This document shows, in pieces, positions 11,101 to 24,310 of a stretch of 45,874 nt of DNA. The translations under genes were made by a program, and so were the position numbers. Below the pieces are notes generated by a model. The model did not search any database, was not told the DNA's origin, and saw nothing but the letters and a program-made list of their open reading frames with translations. The stretch's first letter is position 1. Every line of letters begins with the position of its first letter. This DNA comes from Malacoraja senta. Taxonomy: Eukaryota. The stretch is from assembly GCA_038087875.1 (NCBI GenBank), contig JAXLNO010001395.1, forward strand, positions 80,127 to 126,000. Reading direction: 5' to 3'.

Positions 11101-14100
11101 ACCTAATTTCTGTGTGTAAGTCATGTAGCAGTTTTAATAAAATTAGGTTAAAAAAATACAGAAAAACAGGAGCTTTCAGTGGGGGAGAGTGGATAAGCCA
11201 ACATTTCAGTATGGCAAAATGCCATGTGAAATAACCATCTATACCTGCACAAAGGCATTAATTTCACTCAAACGAGCCCTCAGAGAAAAATCCCCATAAC
11301 AAAAAAAGGCATCTGAAAAATAATTGTTATTGTTTTCATGACTGTTTATCACCAATCACCTGCCCATGTTTCAAATATATTTTAACTTGAATGTTAACTT
11401 GAATGTACAAGGTTACTGCAGTCAGCCATAATGAAATCCATAATGAAATTATCTCCATTAATTTCTCATCCTTTGTATGTTCTCCTTCTGATTACATGGG
11501 TTTCCACCGGCTCATTGACATAGAATAGTACAGACCAGAAACATTGTAAATGGATTTTGGCTATTAAACACTACAACCTCAAAGAAGCTCTGAACTACAT
11601 AGACTATTATTATACTATTATTGTTTGCTTTTTAGTGGGTACGTATGTGTGTGTATAGAGCGTGCAGCGGAGATTAATCAGGACATTGTGGGCGATGGAA
11701 TGTTTCAGCATGTTTGAGGTGGACTGAACGGCTTGTCTTTGCTGTGTGAATCTATGATTCTATGCCTAAAGATCTTTTGTCTGCAAGATCTGCAATTGTG
11801 GAATTAATGGAAGGCCTTGATTTCTGATGGTGAAGGGGAGAGAGAGGATTGAATTTAATAAGGATGATTGGGCCTGGAATTAGTGGTGTCAAGAGCACCA
11901 AGGGAAATTCTCCACAAACTTTGATCGGTGAAGTTTATGATGGTTATTGAACTTTGCCAGCCAGGTGCTGTGTTGCTCAGATAGTTAAAAAACTAAAATA
12001 ATGTGTTCATTTGGTTATATGTGGAATGCGAGAAAGCATAAGAAAACAAGTAGAGCTCGTTTCTGACTTTAGCCAGAAGAGTTGGCTGGCTACAGAACTC
12101 CACCCCTGGTATACCCATTATACAAGTCCAAAATAACAGCAAAAATATTTGTAGAACTGAGTCATTGGATTGATAACTGCTTGAGTTCTAAGAGTCTCCT
12201 TTTGGCAAAGCCAGATCTGTGTTCTGCAAAAGGCTCTGTGGTATAGCTGATTACATTGATGATTGGGGGAGGGGAGGGCAGTAGGACTGATTGTCCATCT
12301 AAACTTATTCCTCCGTGAGGAGGATGCACAGGTTACAGTAATTTACTCATCTCTTTGCTGTTATTTATGAGTGTGAATGTTACTAATTTGTGCAGAGTAT
12401 ATTGGTTTTAAAGGCACTTGTGCAGCACTCATTGCTCAGCGCAATAGGCCTGCAGGTTGAGTTGTAGTTCACTGTGCTAGTGATTTGGAGGGGGTGGGGT
12501 GGGAGTAGGTCAATCAGCATTTTGAAGCACCACTGCATCCAGTGACATACTTGTGTGGCTTGTGAAGGTTTTGTTTAGTTGTACCATTTTAACAGTAGTA
12601 AGCAAGGCAAAATTGCCTTTTGGACCAAGCAACAATAGATTCCCCTATCACAAAATGTCAGTGGTTGGAGATTTTTTATTGTGGGTTTATCGTATTTTGC
12701 TTACAATTTCTAATCTATACACTATAGATTATAACATAACAAAATAGCAGCAAATGAAACATTGATAGAAACAGGGTATCCAGTGCATCTTGCTTTAATA
12801 TATATTGCCATTAAAATTCTACATTTAAAAAACTTGAGACGTCAGCTGTTATGTGCAATAAAATATACATGAAGGATTGGCTACGTCATCGCACAAAGAA
12901 CTGCACTAAAGGCTTGAATCAGTCCCTCGAGGCTTTTAATACTGTTTAGTATTCAATTCACATTGTGCTTTGTGCAGTGGCATGAAACTCAACAGAATGA
13001 AGATTTACCCACAGGATTGCAGTAGGCTGATCACAGCAACTGTTCTCCAGGGTTTGCCTTGGCAACAGGAAGGTTGCTGGGATACAGTGCTATTTGAAAA
13101 GCAGGACAGACACACAGCAGGATCACTCGTCAGTGGGAATGCTTTAAGTCTCGATTACAGATCACTTCACTTTCATGTAGAGTTAAACATTCAAAAGGTT
13201 TGGGTTTTCTCGAAACTTCTAATCATATTGCTTCCAGAATCAAGCAGAAGTACAAGCAGCTTGATTTTATTTCAGACAGTATCAGTTAGTAATTATCTTT
13301 GTTGGAGAGATGCAGCCCTTAGTGAGCATGCCTTTTTGCCGCAGTGCGCCTTACATTGACTTTCACAATGCTGGTTACACTGAAACAGAAAATATAACTG
13401 AACTAATACAAGTGTCGGGTGTACCTGGTTACCTGAAATAAACGATCAAAAATTTCTATGTTCCTCAGTTGGAATATAAATTTGGATAGTAATGAGCATT
13501 AAGATATTTTTCCTTCAATTAAGTGAAAATAAGTTTTAACATTATAACATTCTGTCATTGATGGTTGTTAAGACTGTTAACAATGTGCAACATCTGTTAA
13601 GATATCTCCAACACAATGAGTCTGGTTGACCCATTTCTCTGAAATTTGTAAATAATTTGTCTACATACATGAGTTCTCTTCAAGTCCCTGCCATATGATA
13701 CAAAATTAATAAAATGAGCATTAGCACAGACGTTTTTTAAATGTGTTGGTACCTCACTGGCGATCACATGCATCCTAAGAGGAAAGAACACTAATGGAAT
13801 GCTAACAGGGGATCTTATAATGTTATATATAAATGTGTTACTGACAGTGCTGATGTGCATGGAATGTCTTTCCACCTTGCTGCTGTTGGACGCTGGGCCA
13901 GGAATGTGGATGCTGGCTAAACATGAATTCGGCAAATTCTCATGGCTCAGTGTAGAGAAGCTAGAGTGGCAATGGGCAGGATAGAATAGGCAGTGCTGCC
14001 ATTCTATGGGATGTGAAATGGGGTTTGGCTGCACCCTGGCCAGCACAATGAGTTCAGGCCTTTGATGGAAACTGACAGTGGCTGTGCCATGGGTTGACAG

Positions 14101-14999
14101 TCCTACACTATCTTGCATTGTCTTCTGTTGGATGTGATGGAAGCTATTGTCTCCATTTCTCTGTTTAGCCGCAAAGTTCTGCACAGCAAAGAAACCACAT
14201 TTGAGCTTGTTACCATGGAGAAATCTCCGGACCTCTTCACACTGTTGGGTGATTCATAGCTGTGAGAGTGGTAGGAAGGTAGAATTTGCACCATATTTCT
14301 GCCAATGTGCAGCAGAGGGGAGGGCAAGGGTTCACTTCATATTCCTGGCATAACAGTACTACAGCTGGTAGTTGTATTTTTTTTAAGATATAGGAGTATG
14401 TACTAAGTATTTGGACAGGAAGACCATTTACTAAGCAGGAGCTTCAATGGAGGACCTTCATAAGCAAAATTTAAGGATTATCATCTTTTGTTAAAAGTCA
14501 CCAATACTGTCAAAATTTATATTTTCTATTTTACACTTTTTTATTTACAAAAGTCTGTCATTCCTAATGCTTGCCCTTAAATAAACAGGAGCATGGGGTG
14601 TGTGATATGGATCAAACCTCTTCCAGAATTTCAGCCTGGTTTCTTACTGATGTAGTATAGTGTGACTGGCCCATAATTGTTTATTGTTCATTGAGACACC
14701 TTGTTTTTTTCCAGTGTTTACAAGCAACTAACTTTGTAGTGAATCATCAGCAAACTTTTGGCCAATGCATTTATTTGACCAATCAATGCAGAAGCAACTC
14801 TACTTTTGATTCAAATACATTTATAACAAAAATAACATAATTTAAAAAAATTAGAACTTTGGTGTATTCTTTAAATGCTTTACCTTAAATTTAATATTTT
14901 TGTAAATAATTACTCATAAATATTTTTAATCTAGGTATTTCTTCAGTGGTTTAGTTCAATGCCTATGATGTGGGTATTCACGGAATTCTTTGACCTTTC

Positions 15000-16295
15000 C
15001 CAACTCCTCACTGAGGTTTGCATCTTCTTTAAGAAGTCCACTATCACTCTGGTGCCAAAGGCAAGGTAGTGTGCCTTAATGACAGCCGTTCACTGCATCT
15101 GACATCCATCATCAGGACGTGCTTCAAGAGACTGGTCATGGTCCACATAAATGTTAGCTTCTCAGACATCCTTGATCCACTGTAATTCACCTATGGTTAC
15201 AACAGGTTCATGGCAGATGCCATATCCCTGGCCCTAAACTCCTGGAACATCTGGATAACAAGGACATCTACATCCAACTTCTTTTCACGGAATACAACTC
15301 TACCTTCATCACCATTATCACAACCAATCTTATCTCCAAATTCCTGGACCTAGGAATTAGCAACGCCCTTTATAACTGGATCGTAGACTTCCCGACACAT
15401 AGAACACAATCAGTGAGGATGTGACAATGTGTCTTCCACAATAATTCTGTGCAAGAAATTACAGAGAGTTGTGATCTAGCCTAGTCCATCACATGGACCA
15501 ACCTTCACCACCTCAATCCAGGGGTGGCACGGTGGCGCAGCGGTAGAGTTGTTGCCTCACAACGCTTGCAGCGCCGGAGACACAGTTTGATCCAGACAAC
15601 AGGTGCTGTCTGTACGGAGTTTGTACGTTCTCCTCGTGACCTGCCAGGATTTTCTCCGAGATCTTCAGTTTCCTCCCACACTCCAGATATACAGGTTTGC
15701 AGGTTAATTGGCTTGATGTAAATGTAAATTGTCCCTACTGTGTGTAGCATAGTGTTAATGTGCGGGGGTTGCTGGTCGGTGCAGACTCGGTGGTCGGAAG
15801 GGCCTGTTTCTGCGCTGTATCTCTAAATTAAATTAAACTAAACCCCTCCTCCTCCAAACCCCCAGCCTCCCTCCCCATCAACTCCATCTCACTTCATGCT
15901 GCCTTGGGAAGAAGCCAACATAATCAAGGACCATTTAACTCTGGTTATTTTCTATTCTTCCCTCTGCTGTTGGGTAGAAGATACATAAGCTTGAAAAAGT
16001 GTACCACCAGATTCAAGAACGGCTTCTTCCTCACTGTTAGCACACCATAGAATGGTCGTATCATAAGCTAACAACGGTGAGGCAATCTTCCAACCTGCCT
16101 CATTGCTGCCCTTTTTTTAACTGGAACACTATGATGCTTTAACGTATATACTTCGGTATTTTTCTCTTTGCACTACCTATTATGCTTGGGTATGGCTTGA
16201 TTTTACTCGTGTATAATATAGTTCGACTAGATAGCATGTAAAGATTTTCATTTATCTCATCAGATGTGACAATAATATCACACCAATATCAATAC
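15000..16295 (+). mobile_element. Decayed Rex1/Babar LINE fragment split by an HE1 SINE
   Basis: FKKSTITLVPK...CLND...LTSII...CF.RLV and L.NWIVDF.T.RTQSVR-like RT motifs; accaccagattcaagaac C-terminus; tgacaata tail. Confidence 0.75.
15521..15842 (+). mobile_element. HE1-like V-SINE, near full length
   Basis: tRNA-derived head ggcacggtggcgcagcggtagag (A box); V-core ggagtttgtacgttctc...tttcctcccaca; CR1-like tail gaagggcctgtttctgcgctgtatctc followed by short AT repeats. Confidence 0.88.
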
Positions 16296-16434
16296 ATTGT
16301 TTGGCAGAGTGCATCAATTGCACCTGCAAACCATTTGACAGCTGCACATGTAGAGTGGCAATCAAATTCTTTATGAAGTTTTTGTTAGAATTATTCTACA
16401 TTTTTGTTATAGCTCTATTGTCAAGTGATTAATC

Positions 16435-16686
16435 GGTTTGCAACATACAGCATGGAATCTTCGACCCACTGAGTCCATGCTGAGCAACGATCACACGAGT
16501 TTTATGTTATCCTACTTTCGCATCCACTCCATACACATTAGGGACAATTTATGGAGTCCAATAATCGACAAACCCGCACATCTTTGGGATGTGGGAGGAA
16601 ACTGGAGCACCTGGCCTGAGGTCAGGATCGAATCGGTCTCTGGTGCTGAGAAACAGCAGCTCTACCAGCTGTGCACTGTGCCACCA
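16435..16686 (-). mobile_element. HE1-like V-SINE (degenerate, internally deleted)
   Basis: Similar to the reverse complement of 15521-15842. Confidence 0.7.
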
Positions 16687-16770
16687 AATTTGTGATACCT
16701 GCAAGGTTGTGGAATTAGTTTGATTTTTAATTTAAAACATAGCTTGTGGTATGTGGAACATGATTGGGAG

Positions 16771-16890
16771 GAAGGTAGACACAAAATGCTGGAGTAACTC
16801 AGTGGGTGAGGCAGCATCTATGGAGAGAAGGAATAATCTAGCATTTTGTGTCTACCTTCGATTTTACCAGCATCTGCAGTTCTTTCTTAC
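16771..16890. mobile_element. Penelope terminal fragment with 5' inversion
   Basis: 20-bp perfect inverted repeat 16771-16790/16840-16859; flanking direct repeat acatgattgggaggaa (16758-16773, 16891-16906). Confidence 0.8.
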
Positions 16891-16906
16891 ACATGATTGG
16901 GAGGAA

Positions 16907-17210
16907 CATAGTTTAGTTTAGAGATACAGCGCGGAAACAGGCTCTTCAGCCCACTGAGTCAGCACTGATCAGCGATCCCCGCATATTAACACTATCCTAC
17001 ACAGACTATGGACAATTTACACTTATACCAACCCAATTAAACTGCAAACCTGTACATCTTTGGAGTGTGTGAGGAAACCAAAGATCTTGGATAAAACCCA
17101 CGCAGGTCGCAGGGAAAACGTACAAACTCCATACAGACAAAGACCCGTAGTCAAGATTGAAACCGGGCCTCTGGCGCTGTAAGGCAGCAACTATGCCACC
17201 GTGCCACCAC
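16907..17210 (-). mobile_element. HE1-like V-SINE
   Basis: Reverse complement matches 15521-15842, including the (taaac)n tail. Confidence 0.85.
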
Positions 17211-17667
17211 TGTGCAGTGACTTTTGATATAGGATTCCAAAAATGCTTGAACACTGGGACTTAACTAGGATTAATGCTGGATTTGCTGTAAGTTTGTTGA
17301 TAAAGATTGACTGCTCTGTTAAGACCACTGTTTCCATGCTGTATCTCTAAACTAAACTGAAGTAAAAAAAACTATTTTACTTGAACCATTATTATGCCAC
17401 ATGACTGCCAAGGTAAACTAGAGACTACTTGTTATTTTTGTTCAATCGTTCCTGTTGTCATACCTTTAATTTGAAATGACATTATTAGAAAAGCTGATAA
17501 TGAAAGTTTGGGAAGAAAGCAAATCTATATTTGCACGGGGAGTTTTGAGGAAAAACTTCCAAAGAGTATTAAAAATGTTCATAAATTCTAATTTCCATAA
17601 AAGTGCATTTCTGGGATGGGCTGTACCAAGTTTTAGCTATTCAAATGGCTTTATTTAATCTAAGATT

Positions 17668-17809
17668 GACAAAAAATGCTGGAGTAACTCAACGGTGCGG
17701 ACAACATCTCTGGATAAAGGCAATGGGTGACGTTTTGGGTTGAAACCCTTCTGCAGACTGAAAAGTCAGGGAGAGGGAAATGAGAGATATGGAAGGGTTA
17801 GGTGTGAAA
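17668..17809 (-). mobile_element. Penelope terminal region with decayed hammerhead-like core; continues at 20387 after the CR1 insertion
   Basis: Reverse complement cagtctgcagaagggtttcaacccaaaacgtcaccc...gagttactccagcatttt. Confidence 0.8.
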
Positions 17810-20386
17810 TGGGACTAATCTACAGGCCCCAAACAGTAGCCTGGACATAGGGCGCAAGTTGAATCAGGAGTTAAAATTGGCATGTAGCAAAAGCAATGCT
17901 GTGGTGGTTATGGGGTATTTCAACATGCAGGTAGACTGGGAAAATCAGGTTGGTACTGGACCCCAAGAAAGGGACTTTGTAGAGTACCTTCATGATGGAT
18001 TCTTAGAACAGCTTGTATTGGAGCCTACCAGGAAAAAGGCAATTCTGGATTTAGTGTTATGTAATGAACCGGATTTGATAAAGGACCTCGAGGTTAATGA
18101 GCCATTAGGAGGCAGTGACCATAACATGGTCAGGTTTAATCTACAATTGGAGAGGGAGAAGGGTAGATCGGAGGTGTCAGTGTTGCAGTTGAATAAAGGG
18201 GACTATGGGGCCATGAGGGAGGAGCTGGCCAAAGTTGACTGGAAAGATACAATGGCAGGGATGACAGTGGAACAAAAATGGCAGGTGTTTCTAGGAATAA
18301 TACAGAAGGTGCAGGATCAGTTCATTCCTAGGAGGAAGAAAGATTCCAAGGGGAGAAAGGGACGACCATGGCTGACAAGGGACGTCAGGGACAGTATAAA
18401 AATTAAAGCGAAGAAGTACAACGTAGCAAAGATGAGCGGGAAGCAAGAGGATTGGGTAATGTTTAAAGAACAACAGAAGATAACCAAAAAGACAATACGG
18501 GGAGAAAAGATGAGGTACGAAGGTAAGCTAGCCAAGAATATAAAGCAGGATAGTAAAAGCTTCTTTAGGTATGTGAAGAGGAAACAAATACTTAAGACCA
18601 AAGTTGGACCTATGAAGACCGAAAAAGGTGAATTTATTATGGGGAACAAGGAAATGGCAGATGAGTAGAACAGGTACTTTGGATTTGTCTTCACTAAGGA
18701 GGACACAAACAATCTTCCTGATATAGTAGTGGCCAGAGGATCTGGGGTGACGGAGGAACTGAAGGAAATCCACATTAGGCAGGAAATGGTGTTGGATAGA
18801 CTGATGGGACTGAAGGCTGATAAATCCCCAGCGCCTGGTGGTCTGCATCCCAGGGTACTTAAGGAAGTGACTCTAGAAATCGTGGATGCATTGGTGATAA
18901 TTTTCCAATGTTCTATAGACTCAGGATCAGTTCCAGTGGATTGGAGGGTAGCAAATGTTATCCCACTTTTTAAGAAAGGTGGGAGAGAGAAAACAGGGAA
19001 TTATAGACCAGTTAGCCTGACATCGGTGGTGGGGAAGATGCTGGAGTCAATTATAAAATATGAGATAGCTGAACATTTGGATAGCAGTAACAGGATCGGT
19101 CCGAGTCAGCATGGATTTACGAAGGGGAAATCATGCTTGACTAATCTTCTGGAATTTTTTGAAGATGTAACTAGAAAAATGGACAAAGGAGAGCCAGTGG
19201 ATGTAGTGTTTCAGAAAGCATTTGATAAGGTCCCACATAGGAGATTAGTGGGCAAAATTAGGGCACATGGTATTGGGGGTAGAGTGCTGACATGGATAGA
19301 GAAGTGGTTGGCAGATAGGAAACAAAGAGTAGGGATTAACGGGTCCCTTTCAGAATGGCAGGCAGTGAATAGTGGGGTACCACAAGGCTCGGTGCTGGGA
19401 CCGCAGCTATTTACAATATACATCAATGATTTGGATGAAGGGATTCAAAGTAACGTTGGCAAATTTGCAGATGACTCAAAGCTGGGTGGCAGTGTGAACT
19501 GTGAGGAGGATGCTATGAGAGTGCAGGGTGACTTGGACAGGTTGGGGGAGTGGGCAGATGCATGGCAGATGAAGTTTAATGCGGATAAATGTGAGGTTAT
19601 CCACTTTGGTAGCAAAAACAGGAAGGCAGATTACTATCTAAATGGCGTCATGTTGGGAAAAGGGGAAGTACAACGGGATCTGGGGATCCTTGTACATCAG
19701 TCTATGAAAGTAAGCATGCAGGTACAGCAGGCAGTGAAGAAAGCGAATGGCATGTTGGCCTTTATAACAAGAGTAATCGAATATAGGAGCAAAGAGGTCC
19801 TTCTGCAGTTGTACAGAGCCCTAGTGAGACCACACCTGGAGTATTGTGTACAGTTTTGGTCCCCTAATTTGAGGAAGGACATTCTTGCTATTGAGGGAGT
19901 GCAGCGTAGGTTTACAAAGTTAATTCCGGGGATGGCAGGACTGTCATATGCTGAGAGAATGGAGCAGCTGGGCTTGTACACTCTGGAGTTTAGAAGGATG
20001 AGAGGGGATCTCATTGAAACATATAAGATTGTTAAGGGTTTGGACACGCTAGAGGCAGGAAACATGTTCCCGATGTTGGGGGAGTCCAGAACCAGGGGCC
20101 ACATTTTAAGAATAAGGAGTAAGCCATTTAGAACGGAGACGGGGAAATACAGAGAGTGGTGAGTCTGTGGAATTCTCTGCCTCAGAGGGCGGTGGAGGCG
20201 GGTTCTCTGGATGCTTTCAAGAGAGAGCTAGATAGGGCTCTTAAAAATAGCGGAGTCAGGGGATATGGGGAGAAGGAACGGGGTACTGATTGGGGATGAT
20301 CAGCCATCATCACATTGAATGGCGGTGCTGGCTCGAAGGGCCGAATGGCCTACTCCTGCTCCTATTGTCTATTGTCTATTGTCTAT
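17810..20386 (+). mobile_element. 5'-truncated CR1 (HER1-like) LINE
   Basis: ORF2 EN-RT; 3' UTR ending ggctcgaagggccgaatggcctactcctgctc(ctattgt)n; possible TSD tgaaa (17805-17809, 20387-20391). Confidence 0.95.
17859..20162 (+). pseudogene. CR1 ORF2 (APE endonuclease C-terminus + reverse transcriptase)
   Basis: SDHN, NYRPVSLTS, GVPQGSVLGP, FADD motifs; the two track ORFs are in one frame separated by a single TAG at 18666; small deletions at VDVV-FQKAFD (conserved Asp lost) and near 20148. Confidence 0.93.
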
Positions 20387-20830
20387 TGAAAGCGAGCTAT
20401 CAAAGGGGATGATCATGTAGGTCGAGGCGGATTGAGCGGAGGTGTTCAGCGAAACCATCGCCGAGCCTGCGCTTGGTCTCACCGATATATAGGAGTCCAC
20501 ACCTGGAACAGCGGATACAGTAGATGAGGGTGGAGGAGGTGCAAGTGAACCTCTGCCTCACGTGAAAAGGCTGTCGAGGTCCTTGGATGGAGTTGAGGGA
20601 GGAGGTATAGGGACAGGTGTTGCATCTCCTGCAGTTGCAGAGGAAAGTACTTGCCGATCGTTTCGCTGAACACCTCCGCTCAATCCGCCTAGACCTACAT
20701 GATCTCCCGATTGCTAAATACTTTAACTTCCCCCTCCCATTTGCACACTGACATTTCTGTCCTGGGCCTCCTCCACTGTCAGAGTGAGCCCCAACGCAAA
20801 TTGGAGGAACAGCACCTCATATTTTGCTTG
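20387..20830. mobile_element. Penelope GIY-YIG fragments in inverted arrangement (minus about 20410-20650, plus 20651-20830)
   Basis: The minus strand encodes LIYCIRCSRCGLLYIGETKRRL; the plus strand encodes DRFAEHLRS...RKLEEQHLIF; about 45-bp inverted overlap. Confidence 0.85.
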
Positions 20831-21138
20831 TTAATTTCTACATTTCTGAAAAGATACATAGTTATCCGTGGAAGGGCAGAAATTAGGGGTTGTTAGGAGG
20901 CGAGATCTTTTCTACTTTTATTTAAATATGTTCTTTGCTAACCTGCTGACCAAAGTCTGATTTTGATGGCATTTTTTGTGGATGGAAGTACCCTTGCCTA
21001 ATCCAGTGGTCTTTAAAGCTGCGGCGTGTTATTTGAACAGTGGGGGTTCATGTAAATATTTCTATAATTTCTTCCTCAACCAATACATCAAAAGCTGCTT
21101 AACCAATGATTCTTCTCATTAATGTTGCTGGTACGTCA

Positions 21139-22305
21139 ACAGAATCTTGATCAACTGGTCAATGGGCTGAGGAATGGCAGATGGAGTTTAATTCAGAAAA
21201 ATACGAGGTGTTGCATTTTTGTAAAACAAATCAATGCATGAACTACACTGTAAATTATAGGGCTCTGGGGAGAGTTGTAGAACAGTACTTGGGTGTGCAG
21301 GTATATTGTTCCATGAAAGTGTCAACACCGATAGACAGGAAGGTGAAGAAGGTGTTTGACATGCTTGCATTCATTGGTCGGGGTTTTGAATACAGGAACT
21401 GAGGCATCATGTTACTGCTATACAAGACATTGGCAAGGCCACATTTGGTGCACCATAGCATTTTGGAAGGATGCAATCAAACACGCAAAATAGTGCAGAG
21501 AAGATTTACGAGGACGTTGCTGGGTGTAGAAAGAACATATAATAGAAATATTAGGGCATAGGCCTCTGGCCCCCAATGTCCAAGCCAAACATGATGCCAA
21601 GTTAAACTAATCACCTCTGCCTTCATATGATCGATATCCCCCCATTCTCTGCATATCCACATGCCTATCTAAAATCCCCTTAAATGCAACATCTCAACCA
21701 ACCCAGGCAGCACATTCTAGGCTCCCATCTATGTAAAAACAAAAACTTGCTCCGAACATCACCTTTAAACTTTGTCCCTCTCACTTTCAAGCCATACCCT
21801 CCAGTCCTTGATTTTTTTGCACCCTGGAAAAAAGATTTTGTCTGTTTCCCCATCTATGCCTCTCATAATTTTATATAATTCCATCGGGTCTCCACACAAC
21901 CTGTGAAAGTTTAAGTTATAATGAGAGGCTGGGTCCTTTTTCCCAGGAGTGTAAGAGGCTGAGAGTTGAGCATGTGGAGATTTGTAAAATTATATAATTA
22001 TATGGAGCGTGAATAGTGAATAACCATTGTCCTTCAATATCTAAAGGGCATAGGTTTCATAAGAGAGGAGAAAGATTTAAAGGGGACCTGAAGGGGAACT
22101 TATTCACTCAGAGGTGGTGGGTATGTGGAACAAGATAGCAGAGAAAGTGGTAGAAGCAGGTACAATTTCAACGTTGGAAAGTCACTTTGCTACATGGATA
22201 GAAAAAGTTTGGAGAGATTTAGGCCAGGCACAGTCAGCCGGCAGTTAAATCAGCATTGATGTGTTGGGCTACAGATCCTGTTTCCATGCTGTATATGTCT
22301 ATGAC
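21139..22305 (+). mobile_element. Old CR1 fragment with an inverted CR1 3' end nested at about 21531-21905
   Basis: WAEEWQMEFNSEKYEVLHF, LYKTLARPHL; CR1 3' UTR on both strands. Confidence 0.8.
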
Positions 22306-22559
22306 TAGAGGAACACAATAATTCCAGGCAATGTCCAGATGCGTTACTGGTGGAATGTTGTCAGAATCAGCGGCTTTTGTTGCATCCATTCATCCTATGT
22401 TTATAGAGTGAATTAAATGGATTGAAAGCTAACTTTGTGAATGCGGGATACTTGCTGGTAGATTGCGATGTCTTTCAGATCCCCAGTTTCAACTTTCCCC
22501 CACCCTTATGTCAGTAGCTTCATCCAGCTCTAAGATACCTGCATTCTTTCATTTTTTAT

Positions 22560-22900
22560 CTGTTTGCGCACTCTATCAATGAACACCATTTTAATCATTG
22601 CATCTACGGATGACTGATGCTGACCTAAGTTTTGGAATTTTCTGCCTCAACCTCTCCATCTCTCCTTTCTACGATGCTCATCGAAACCCATTTCTATGAC
22701 CTAGCTTTTGATCTTCTGCCTAACCTCGATACGATACGATAAAACATTATTCATGCCCGGAGGGAAATTGGTCTGCCAATAGTCACAACTTTGTGAATCA
22801 AGGTACACGAAAACCTGAAATTAAAAGTGTGTTGGTCTCACATCTTTGTTAGTGGTCTTTTGATCCCACCTTCGGGTGATTTGCCATGTTCACGATGCTA
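22560..22900 (+). mobile_element. Ancient L2-like 3' tail remnant, with a small minus-strand LINE tail (gatac)n at about 22728-22830
   Basis: Weak similarity to an L2 tail (aaacccatttctatgacctagcttttg). Confidence 0.35.
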
Positions 22901-23172
22901 TGTTCATATTGCCACTACTCAGCCGAATGGATCTTGTTGGCTCTGATCTCACTATCGCTTATATGTTCCTGGTATTTTAAAAGATATTCTTAAAATTTCG
23001 AATGAATGTATAAGTGAAGTTTAAATTGTCTTATAGAATTAGGACAAGGAGATTAAGGAATGTTTTATGTGATGAATGACATAAGGAGCTTTCTTAATCA
23101 AGCTAGTAAATACAGATTATTTCATCTTTTTTGGAAAAGGTAGATACATCCTTGAAGCAGAGGATGGTATAG

Positions 23173-24213
23173 TAGCAATGTTACAAAATTTTGAGATTTA
23201 AAAAATAAAGTCTGCAATTTATCCCATCAGATAAAGCATAAAAAGAAGTTTAATTTGACACTTAATTCACTTTCATATCTTCAGTATTAAAAAAGTTATG
23301 GCCATTATCATACTCAGAAATTAGCACCTTGTTCCCTATTGCTTTTCCATTGACTTAACACAAAAGCTGTGATCGAGGACAGTTAAAAGCCCATAACTTT
23401 CTTAAAAATTATGGTAACTGAAAGAAATTTTCAGGTATTATAGATTGAAGCATTCTGAAACAAATATGAAACAATCTTACTTCGAAGACATGAAAGTAAA
23501 GCATATAATTAGTTAGTTACCTAATTGCAGCTAATTACAAAATTCAATTACTAGATCTAAACATCTATCATTTTCTTAAGAATAGATTAACATTTTTAAA
23601 TAGCCTAAGTGTCCAAATAACATTCACACAATAATTCACAATATAACATAATTTTTAAATCTAATTTTCATGAATTTACAGGCCAAATGGAAGGAATTGA
23701 ATGTTTAATACCTGTAAATTAATGGGGATTTAATTCATTTTGCGAGTGAGAATTTCTGGAACGCGATCATTTGGAACGTTAATTTGCGGTGAATTTAACC
23801 CCGTATTGGCATGAAAAATACTGCCGTTAATTCGGGGAATAAAATCACCGTGTCGCATGACAAAATGTGAATTAAAGGCTTCTTAAGAAGCACTTTTATA
23901 CATTTAAAGAAAGCACTTTTGTTTACCTATCCATTGTGTGAAATCCGTCCCCGTTATTGGCGTTGACGCTTCAGGAGCTGCTTTTAAAACTACTGTAGCG
24001 CTGACATTGACGATTTAATTTTAAAAAAAAATTCACAAATCGCCGGTAGGAACGATTTTGTCAGCGAAGTTTTGTACTCCAACAAAATATTTCCAGGACA
24101 AGGAAGGAGAAACCGCGTTTTAACCCCGCCCCCCCCTTAAAGGCGCCAAAATCGCGCACACGGCCAGTGGCAGAATTACAGCGCGACTGAAGGTAAGTTT
24201 TGTAACATACCTA
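23173..24213. mobile_element. Non-autonomous DNA transposon (1041 bp)
   Basis: 16-bp TIR tagcaatgttacaaaa / ttttgtaacataccta (2 mismatches); direct repeat ggtatag at 23166-23172 and 24214-24220. Confidence 0.8.
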
Positions 24214-24310
24214 GGTATAGTGTTCTAAGATTTTCCATGGGTGTGAGGAACATATAGTTGCGATGTGATGGGTTGAGAGGTCTGTTAGCATTACGTTTGT
24301 GACGTGATGT

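Noticed and set aside
15521-15600. tRNA gene
   Set aside because: tRNA-derived SINE head with a decayed B box, followed by SINE body and tail
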